13,807 bases of DNA from Promethearchaeota archaeon (GTDB taxonomy: Archaea; Asgardarchaeota; Lokiarchaeia; Sigyniarchaeales; SOKP01). Every line of letters begins with the position of its first letter. Positions within the stretch are counted from its first letter, which is position 1. This document shows positions 7,043 through 13,807 of this stretch, one piece after another. The stretch is from NCBI GenBank assembly GCA_016839745.1, contig JAEOTS010000062.1, forward strand, positions 1-13,807. The letters are read 5' to 3'. Under the pieces are notes generated by a model, which was not told where the DNA came from, did not search any database, and worked only from the letters and a program-made list of their open reading frames with translations. The translations under genes and the position numbers were made by a program.

Positions 7043-7843
7043 ATGAATGGCGAGAAAGGAGTAGGTAAGGTAAATTCTGAATTTGAACAGAAAAAGGACA
7101 AAGTAGTAGAGCTTCCCATTTTGGACTTCTTTAAGATAAATATTATAAGTTTCTTAGTTCCGCTCTACGCCTGTTTAGGTCTTTTTCTGTTATTCGAATA
7201 CGGTTTTATCATAACTTTCTCAATTCCGCTTGCTATTCATTTTTTAATACTTCCTGCGTATCTATTATTTCTTTATTTTGTTTATCTTCTTTTGTTAATT
7301 GAGTTTACAGCGTTATGGGTGCGAAGATGGAATAAAAAATCTCCTCCGGTTGAAGGCGTTTTCAAACGAGTTTTAGACGTTAAGAATAGCGCTGAAGGGA
7401 AAATGATGAAATATTATCACAAACGTGGATTTATAATTAAATTTCCAATGTGGCTAACCTCCAAATCACCATTTCCATGGCTCGTAAATCGGGCGTTGAG
7501 AAGAATTGGTCATAACAAAATTGGAAAGAATGTTATTTATTGCGACGCTTACGTAGGCTTAGAATTTACTGAGCTTGGAGATAATGTATTTTTCTATCCT
7601 ACTTCTGCGTTATCAAGTCACGCGGTTAACACGATCTTTGGAAAGATTACTATGATGAAACTTAAAATGAGTAAGAATACAACTTTCTATCCCGGAATTG
7701 TTATGGGTCCAAATGCCTTGACTATGGATAATTACGTGATTTTTCCAAATACAGTCTTACACAAAAATTGGAGAGGAAAACCGGACAAATACTATTACCA
7801 AGGAAGTCCTGGGCGTCCTATAGATGTAGACCACATTAAATGA
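7043..7843 (+). CDS. Membrane-anchored protein with left-handed beta-helix (hexapeptide)-like C-terminal domain, putative acyltransferase
   Basis: Two N-terminal TM segments, then PPVEGVF, LRRIGHNKIGKNVIY, FTELGDNVFF, LSSHAV, PGIVMGPN and a terminal YYYQGSPGRPI (cf. GxPA at the end of LbH acyltransferases). Confidence 0.7.
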   Translation: MNGEKGVGKVNSEFEQKKDKVVELPILDFFKINIISFLVPLYACLGLFLLFEYGFIITFSIPLAIHFLILPAYLLFLYFVYLLLLIEFTALWVRRWNKKSPPVEGVFKRVLDVKNSAEGKMMKYYHKRGFIIKFPMWLTSKSPFPWLVNRALRRIGHNKIGKNVIYCDAYVGLEFTELGDNVFFYPTSALSSHAVNTIFGKITMMKLKMSKNTTFYPGIVMGPNALTMDNYVIFPNTVLHKNWRGKPDKYYYQGSPGRPIDVDHIK

Positions 7844-7854
7844 TTCTTGTTAGA

Positions 7855-9342
7855 TTATTCGTTGCTTTTAGGATACTTTTCATGTTTTTGCAAGAATTCT
7901 CTATAGGAATTAAGCTTATCTACGACAGTTCCAGCGAGCTCCAACGATTCAAAGACAGGAACATTACGATTAAGCAATTTTAGCTTGAATTTATATCTAC
8001 TTTTGTATTCTTCGAATCCTTCGTTAATTTTTAGCATCACGCAATATAATGGTTTCGTACACACACTTTTTGCTTTAGATATATATCGAATGAACTCTCG
8101 GTTTAAATCTAGTCCCTTGTATCCTAATTCATCTAATAATTTCTCAAATCCCCCAAATCGTTCAGGATCCTTTATAAAAATAATAGCAGAAATATTAGGA
8201 TCTTTATCTAGCGCTAAAATTGTACGGTAATAAATATTAGGTTGTATCCCCATCCCTCCTAAATCAATTGGATTTGAAATGTTGGTATTTACATCTGGAA
8301 TAAACCTTTTCATTTTATTGATTATTCTTTCTGATAATTGGGGAATTTTTAAATTATATCGCTCTAATATGTCAATTGCCTCGATTGTAGAGCCTCCACC
8401 GATTCCAATTACACCAACATTACGCGTGTTTGGTAAGTGTGTTAAGTTAAATGCTGAGGCTAGCGCCGCTAGTTCGTTTGAATTACTAACGATACAACTA
8501 CCAGTTTGTTTTCCTACAGCGTTCCAAATTTCGTTGTTCCCAGCTAAACCTCCTGTATGAGATAAGATTGCTTTCTTAGTCGCTTCACCATATCCCGCTC
8601 TCCATAAAATTACAGGTTTCCTGCTTAAATTGCATTTCTTAACAATTTCCATAAAGTTTCTACCTTGTTCGATGGATCTTAAGTTTTCAATGTATAACCC
8701 AATGATTTTTGTATATTCATCATTTAGGAAATATTCAAGAAACTCAACTGGAGATAAATCCAACGAATTTCCTATAGAAATTAATTTTGACGCATACAAT
8801 CCGTAGGATATAATGAGTTCAGAGATATTTTGAGCAATTCCTCCAGACTGGAAGATTCCTCCGAAGTTTCCGGATTTTCGCGATTGTTCATAAGCAAAAA
8901 AAAGACCTCCTTTCGGGCTGTATACTCCAATACAATTCGGACCTATAATCCTGATATTATATTTACGAGCAGTTTGAATCGTTAATTGTTCAAGTTCTTC
9001 GTTTCCTACTTCCCGGAACCCAGAAGAAAAAATAGTGCAAAAAGGAATCGATTTTTGCCCGACTTCTTCTAAAACTTTTGGTACAACGCGCGCGGGGACA
9101 GCAATTATAACATAATCGATTGGTTCGGTAATTTCTAAGATTGAACTGTAAACTTTTTGGCCCAGCAGTATTTTTCCCGCTAATCTTGGATTAAACAAAT
9201 ATGTTTTTCCTCGAAATTTACCTCTCATAGCTCTAACGAAAAAACCGCCGCCAGCAGGATCATTACTCGCACCAATAATTCCGATAGCTCTTGGAAAAAA
9301 TAATCGTTCGAAATCTATGGAGGCTTCTTGTAATATCGACAT
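7855..9342 (-). CDS. Acyl-CoA synthetase (NDP-forming) alpha subunit / CoA-binding protein
   Basis: LFFPRAIGIIGAS, IDYVIIAVPA, FSSGFREVG, RIIGPNCIG, QSGG, ISIGNSLD, phospho-His motif SHTGGLAG, NPIDLG. No ATP-grasp domain. Confidence 0.92.
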   Translation of the reverse strand: MSILQEASIDFERLFFPRAIGIIGASNDPAGGGFFVRAMRGKFRGKTYLFNPRLAGKILLGQKVYSSILEITEPIDYVIIAVPARVVPKVLEEVGQKSIPFCTIFSSGFREVGNEELEQLTIQTARKYNIRIIGPNCIGVYSPKGGLFFAYEQSRKSGNFGGIFQSGGIAQNISELIISYGLYASKLISIGNSLDLSPVEFLEYFLNDEYTKIIGLYIENLRSIEQGRNFMEIVKKCNLSRKPVILWRAGYGEATKKAILSHTGGLAGNNEIWNAVGKQTGSCIVSNSNELAALASAFNLTHLPNTRNVGVIGIGGGSTIEAIDILERYNLKIPQLSERIINKMKRFIPDVNTNISNPIDLGGMGIQPNIYYRTILALDKDPNISAIIFIKDPERFGGFEKLLDELGYKGLDLNREFIRYISKAKSVCTKPLYCVMLKINEGFEEYKSRYKFKLKLLNRNVPVFESLELAGTVVDKLNSYREFLQKHEKYPKSNE

Positions 9343-9437
9343 TGTTAAGTTGCATAAAATTCGTATAATTTATTAAAAAATATAATAGAGCTTGACTAAA
9401 ATATTTTATTGAGGATTGACATGGTATTTTAATAAAA

Positions 9438-10157
9438 TTATCTACCGAATACCTCGTTAGCTAATGAAATATCATCAGTAATAATTCCATCAACGCCGAT
9501 TTCTATTAATGTTTCCATAATCTCTCTGTCGTTCACTGTCCAAACAATAACTTTAAGACCATAACTATGAGTAAAATCAACAATTTCTTTATCAATAATA
9601 GAATAATGTGGATGAAATGAATAAAAGTTGTTTTTTGCAATCTTGACAATTTTTCTCTTAATTAATTTTGGTCTTACTAGCTCCGCAGGTAAGAGTAAAC
9701 CTACTTTTACGCTAGGCTCGAGAAGTTTCAACTTTAATAATTCATCAAGCATGAAACAGCTAACTATTGATGTACTTAGTAAATTCTCCTCTTTTAGTAT
9801 ATAGATCAGTTTATCAAGGAGGTTTGTCGATTTAATTTCGATTTGTAATCCCATTTTTTTTCTTGCAATACTTATAAGTTCTCGTAATGTAGGGATTTTT
9901 TCCCCTTCCCCCGCATCTAAGTTTTTAATTTGTTCTAAAGTCATATCCCTTATCATTCCTTTGACCCCTGTGGTATTAAATGTGTCAGAATCGTGAATTA
10001 TTACTATTTCCCCATCCTTTGTGACATGAATGTCAAATTCTACATAATCTGCTCTTAATTCAATAGCTTTCTGAAACGCCTTCAAGGTGTTCTCAGGAGT
10101 AATTGAACTTGCCCCTTTATGCCCTATAATAAGGACATCATTTATTTTATTGATCAT
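9438..10157 (-). CDS. Glycerophosphodiester phosphodiesterase (GDPD/UgpQ-like), copy 1
   Basis: IIGHKGAS..PENTLKAF, VEFDIHVTKDG, IIHD, IPTLREL, IEIK, VIVWTVND, GVDGIITD. Confidence 0.95.
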   Translation of the reverse strand: MINKINDVLIIGHKGASSITPENTLKAFQKAIELRADYVEFDIHVTKDGEIVIIHDSDTFNTTGVKGMIRDMTLEQIKNLDAGEGEKIPTLRELISIARKKMGLQIEIKSTNLLDKLIYILKEENLLSTSIVSCFMLDELLKLKLLEPSVKVGLLLPAELVRPKLIKRKIVKIAKNNFYSFHPHYSIIDKEIVDFTHSYGLKVIVWTVNDREIMETLIEIGVDGIITDDISLANEVFGR

Positions 10158-10191
10158 TATGATTTTACCAATTGATTTATAATTTAATATG

Positions 10192-10926
10192 TTAGGTAAG
10201 TGATTTTAAAAGTTCTCTTACGCGAACGATGTCATTAGTAATGATTCCATCAATGCCAAATCTTATGAGTTTCTTGATAGAAACCTTAGAATCAACTGTC
10301 CAAGGAAATACTTTTATATTATTATCGTGAGCGAAGTCAACAAATTGTTGATCTACCATCATAACTATCGGGTTTATTGCGTAAAGTTCGTTATCAATAC
10401 AGTACTGAATCATCGCTTTTTTTTTACTCCAATCAATTTTCATTATTCCTGGGGTAGGTTCAAGCGATGCTAATTTTAGAGAAGCATCTAATTTTTTAAA
10501 TTTTAATAGCTCGTCATGAATAAATGAACTTATTATTGTGGTTTCTATTACATTGAATTCTCTAAAGATTTGGATAACCTTTTCAGCAATTCCTTCGACT
10601 TTAATTTCGCAATTAAGACTTATGTTATTTTTTGCTAGTTTTACCAATTCTTCCAAGGTTGGAATTGTTTCATTTTCACCAAAGTCTAACTTCCTTAACT
10701 CATTGAGGGTCATATCTGTAATCAATCCTTCTTGACCCGTTATTCTTTTTATGTCTTCGTCGTGAGTAATCACTAACTTTCCATCCCGCGTTTCTTGTAC
10801 GTCAAATTCTACGTAATCCGCTTTAAGTTCAATGGCTTTTTCAAACGCTTTTAGTGTGTTTTCGGGGGCATTCACGCTTGCACCACGATGAGCTACTATT
10901 AAAATGTCGTTTTCATTCTTTTTCAT
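10192..10926 (-). CDS. Glycerophosphodiester phosphodiesterase (GDPD/UgpQ-like), copy 2
   Basis: IVAHRGAS..PENTLKAF, VEFDVQETRDG, ITHD, IPTLEEL, CEIK, VFPWTVD, GIDGIITN. Confidence 0.95.
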   Translation of the reverse strand: MKKNENDILIVAHRGASVNAPENTLKAFEKAIELKADYVEFDVQETRDGKLVITHDEDIKRITGQEGLITDMTLNELRKLDFGENETIPTLEELVKLAKNNISLNCEIKVEGIAEKVIQIFREFNVIETTIISSFIHDELLKFKKLDASLKLASLEPTPGIMKIDWSKKKAMIQYCIDNELYAINPIVMMVDQQFVDFAHDNNIKVFPWTVDSKVSIKKLIRFGIDGIITNDIVRVRELLKSLT

Positions 10927-11266
10927 TCTGTAAATCTCACTTAAAAGTTATTACAGCTGAGGAAATTAAATATTTCTTTTTAATTAAACATTTATCTTAC
11001 CAAATTTAAATCGATTGACTATTGAAACTGTGACTTCTGATAATCTCCACTTTCACAAACAGAATTCTCATAGCCAAATTATTATTAATACAATAAATAC
11101 CTAAAACAAAAATTTAAATACTCGATTGCGACATACATAAATGGTCGCCATTAAGTTTAAATATGTTAAGTAGTTTTATAATTAATTGATAAGTGAATAT
11201 TGTATAACATGTTTAAGTAATTGGTATACGATAAAATTTAATAAAAATGTGGTGGTAATCGAAATC

Positions 11267-11518
11267 ATGAAGTTTTGCCCGGATTGCGATAATATAATTT
11301 TACCTAAGAACAAAAAATTATATTGCAAAGCGTGTGATAAGGAATTCGATTTGGACTCAAAGGCAGACGATTTTAAGATAGTAAAGAAAATAAAACACGA
11401 CGAAAAGGAGACCGCTCCTATTGTTGTGAAAGAAACCTTAGCTAGCGCTAAAATTTCTGCACAAGACAGAAAAGCTTATGAAGAATTCTTTGAATTAGGC
11501 GGGGCAGAAGATTTTTAG
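11267..11518 (+). CDS. Zinc-ribbon protein resembling the N-terminal half of TFS/RpoM (Rpb9/A12/C11 family), 83 aa
   Basis: MKFCPDCDNIILPKNKKLYCKACD matches the M-x-FCPxC...L-P...CxxC pattern. Start moved from TTG 11186 to ATG 11267 (GTGGTGG upstream, and family members begin at MxFC). Confidence 0.8.
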   Translation: MKFCPDCDNIILPKNKKLYCKACDKEFDLDSKADDFKIVKKIKHDEKETAPIVVKETLASAKISAQDRKAYEEFFELGGAEDF

Positions 11519-11680
11519 TTTCTTTAAAAAAACACACCATTTTTAGCTTATTTCTTCTCCTATTTTTATATCATAGATTAAAATTAAATTAGTAATTTTA
11601 AATCTTAAAAAAAAATGATAAAATATAATTGGAAAAAAAAATTTCATTTTAGATAATATTACTTCTAAAAACTGATTATT

Positions 11681-12076
11681 ATGAATGAAGAAAAAAAGAA
11701 AAGATTAAGAGGATTTGCTGGCGTTGTATCTAAACAAATTGAACCCCTAAACGACATTGAAAAGTTTAAAGAGGATTTTAAGGATAGAAATGTTAAAATT
11801 CTTTTAAATGCGACCGATGGAAAGAATGCCGCATTAATTGTAATTGATAAAGGAACTATATATGTAGAAGAAGTCAAGAATAACCCAAAGGAAAACATTA
11901 AGAAGAAAAATGCAGGATGGGATGGGCGTATACAAGCGAAGACGAACGATTTTGTTGAGCTTTTAACGAGCGAAGATCTTAGTATTGGCAGTGTAGTAGG
12001 CAAAGTTCTTACTTTCAAGATAAGAATAAAAGGACTCAGGAAAGCACTAACATTATTAGAGTTGTTTAAGTATTAA
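11681..12076 (+). CDS. SCP2 sterol/lipid-binding-like domain protein
   Basis: 131 aa with ILLNATDG..AALIVIDKGTIYV, WDGRIQAKTNDFVELL and VLTFKIRIKG, matching the SCP2 C-terminal pattern (D-x-x-I...F..L...GKLKIKG). Confidence 0.75.
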   Translation: MNEEKKKRLRGFAGVVSKQIEPLNDIEKFKEDFKDRNVKILLNATDGKNAALIVIDKGTIYVEEVKNNPKENIKKKNAGWDGRIQAKTNDFVELLTSEDLSIGSVVGKVLTFKIRIKGLRKALTLLELFKY

Positions 12077-12079
12077 AGA

Positions 12080-12088
12080 TTTTTTTTT
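12080..12088 (+). terminator. Oligo-T (T9) terminator
   Basis: T9 three nt after the SCP2 stop, in a convergent intergenic gap. Confidence 0.4.
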
Positions 12089-12142
12089 CAAACTCCTTTT
12101 TTAAAAATGAAAATCCATAGTAGAAGGAGAAAAGAGAAATTT

Positions 12143-12574
12143 TTAAATTTCTAGCTTAAAAACATTTACTAGAGAAACCAACTTTGCTTTTAATCCCATT
12201 GTATCTTCGTCCTTAACAGATTGTATGATTACATTTTTGTCTTGATCCGAGATATCGTGAAATCTGTCAAGAAAGAGTCTCAAGTAAATTACTTTTTTAG
12301 AGGGATTTTTTTCTATATTAGAAACGAGATTGTCAAGAAGTGAGTTTATTGAAATAACCTCTGGATCCGAAGATATCGGCTCACAAACAAATTCATTGGA
12401 TAAACCATGTTCTTTAATGAAGTTATTCTTTTCAATAATATCGCGGGTAATATCTCTTAGAAGATCGTTTCGTGAGGATATTGACATCTCTGAAAGAAGT
12501 TCTTCTATTTTAAGGTTTTTTTCATTCATATCTTTGAGTATCGAAAGGGCTTTATCAACAATTTCCCGCTCCAT
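12143..12574 (-). CDS. Hypothetical alpha-helical protein, ~143 aa
   Basis: MEREIVDKALSILKDM... charged amphipathic sequence. ATG 12574 is preferred over 12661 because the extension reads like AT-rich intergenic DNA. Confidence 0.7.
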   Translation of the reverse strand: MEREIVDKALSILKDMNEKNLKIEELLSEMSISSRNDLLRDITRDIIEKNNFIKEHGLSNEFVCEPISSDPEVISINSLLDNLVSNIEKNPSKKVIYLRLFLDRFHDISDQDKNVIIQSVKDEDTMGLKAKLVSLVNVFKLEI

Positions 12575-12977
12575 ATATAACCTAACTCTGTTTAAATTAT
12601 TAAACTTTTCCTTACATATTTTATTGATATGGATAAATATACAGAACAAAAATTGAAACATTAAGATCAGAAGAATCTAAACGAAAGAAAGACGCTGAAA
12701 AAGATTTAAGCTATAAAGTTTTAAAGGATTTACAAAAAGAATGAGTTCTTCGCTTATTTTCTAAAAAGTTATCTCTAATTCAGTTTTAATTGCCCATTTG
12801 GGGTAAACCTTGATTTAAGTCGTGATTGTTTTAATGCAATCGGTTTTTATTAATTGTTCGAATAAAGTAGAATCTTAAGGTTTAAAACTTTTTTAACACT
12901 TCTAATCCTACAGCAATAAAGAATATTTTAGTTTTAATTCTTTAAAATTAGTTTTTAAACAAAATGGGTTGATCTTA

Positions 12978-13807
12978 ATGTCTGAAGTGAGAATTGTTAA
13001 AAAAACTCCAGAAATGGATGAGTTTGAAAATGAAACTGGAAAGCTTGCGATTTGGAAAGGAAAAGAAAGTAAAGACTTTCGGAAGTGGCAAGTTAAAAAA
13101 CAGAAGGATTTAATTAAAGATCAAAAAACAGAAATGCTTTCTGTATCTCGTGAGCAAAGAAAGCAAATTAGAGCGGAATTAAAACAAGAAAAAGAGATTG
13201 GGAAAGATTACGAACATTTAATTGTAGTTGAGAATCTCCACAAAACTTACCTACTTGGAACAACTGCTGTTGCAGCACTTCGAGGAGTAGATTTAACAAT
13301 TGATAAAGGAAACTTTATAGATATCATGGGTCCTTCAGGAAGTGGTAAAACAACCCTTTTGAACTTAATAGGAGGACTTGACACTCCAACTCGAGGTAAA
13401 ATTTTCTTAGAGGGTCGTAATATCTCTATGCTTAACGACAATGCTTTAGCAGAGATAAGAAGAGAACGGATTGGATTCGTATTTCAATTTTACAACTTAC
13501 TTCCTCAGATGACCGCATTAGAAAATGTAATGGTGCCTTTACATTTTTCTGGAAAATTAAGCCGTCGTGGTAAGAGGAAAAAAGCGTTTGACTTGTTAAC
13601 GCTAGTAGGATTAGATGAACGTTCTCATCACGCACCTTCAGAATTAAGTGGAGGGGAACAACAAAGAGTAGCAATTGCCAGGGCATTTGCAAACGATCCA
13701 GCCATATGCGTGTTAGACGAGCCTACGGGGGATTTGGATAGTAAAACGGGAGTTATGATCTTAAATTTACTAAGGGATTTAAACAAAAGAGGAGCTACTT
13801 TTATATC
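12978..13807 (+). CDS. ABC transporter ATP-binding protein, LolD/MacB/FtsE-like, with ~80-aa N-terminal extension (3' end outside window)
   Basis: Absent from the ORF track, translated by hand: ENLHKTY, ALRGVDL, Walker A GPSGSGKTT, IGFVFQFYNL, TALENV, signature LSGGEQQRVAIARA, Walker B/D-loop VLDEPTGDLD. Confidence 0.96.
   Translation, partial: MSEVRIVKKTPEMDEFENETGKLAIWKGKESKDFRKWQVKKQKDLIKDQKTEMLSVSREQRKQIRAELKQEKEIGKDYEHLIVVENLHKTYLLGTTAVAALRGVDLTIDKGNFIDIMGPSGSGKTTLLNLIGGLDTPTRGKIFLEGRNISMLNDNALAEIRRERIGFVFQFYNLLPQMTALENVMVPLHFSGKLSRRGKRKKAFDLLTLVGLDERSHHAPSELSGGEQQRVAIARAFANDPAICVLDEPTGDLDSKTGVMILNLLRDLNKRGATFI

Noticed and set aside
11186-11266. N-terminal extension of the zinc-ribbon ORF with an extra CITC
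   Set aside because: TTG start in AT-rich promoter-like DNA. The family pattern and SD favour ATG 11267.
12575-12661. N-terminal extension of the 172-aa ORF
   Set aside because: Low-complexity intergenic-like sequence. The downstream ATG gives a more natural protein start.
685-13692. Track ORFs 685-885, 1740-1946, 4836-5051, 5152-5400, 6199-6414, 6850-7119, 7985-8230, 8279-8560, 10538-10735, 11665-12018, 12330-12656, 13247-13441 and 13432-13692
   Set aside because: Antisense shadows that overlap better-supported genes and have no recognisable motifs.
1-13807. CRISPR array, tRNA/rRNA, transposase, integrase or known defence genes
   Set aside because: No regularly spaced repeats, no GC-rich structured RNA segment and no matching protein motifs seen.

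Overview
AT-rich (roughly 30% GC by eye) prokaryotic chromosomal window. It looks archaeal: GGTGA/GAGGT Shine-Dalgarno sites, TTTAAA-type TATA boxes, oligo-T ends, a TFS/RpoM-type zinc ribbon and a stand-alone ADP-forming acyl-CoA synthetase alpha subunit. The gene mix (SCP2, 7TM protein, double-GNATs, DHA3 MFS) most resembles Asgard/Lokiarchaeia, which is an inference. Left minus-strand block: membrane-anchored serine hydrolase (partial), SET-domain protein, hypothetical, 7TM protein and two GNAT-fold proteins. Then an MFS transporter, a membrane-anchored LbH-like protein, an acyl-CoA synthetase alpha subunit, tandem glycerophosphodiester phosphodiesterases, a half-TFS zinc-ribbon protein, an SCP2 protein, a hypothetical and a LolD/MacB-type ABC ATPase (partial). 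The most unusual feature is the YghO/bacterial-ceramide-synthase-like GNAT gene. Its frame is open 93 codons further upstream than the ORF track shows, with no ATG/GTG/TTG, and is capped by an in-frame ATG-8 codons-TGA (MVELDHKCR*) whose stop lies inside a Shine-Dalgarno motif. This implies an ATT start, UGA recoding or a lesion. No rRNA, tRNA, CRISPR array or mobile element was recognised.
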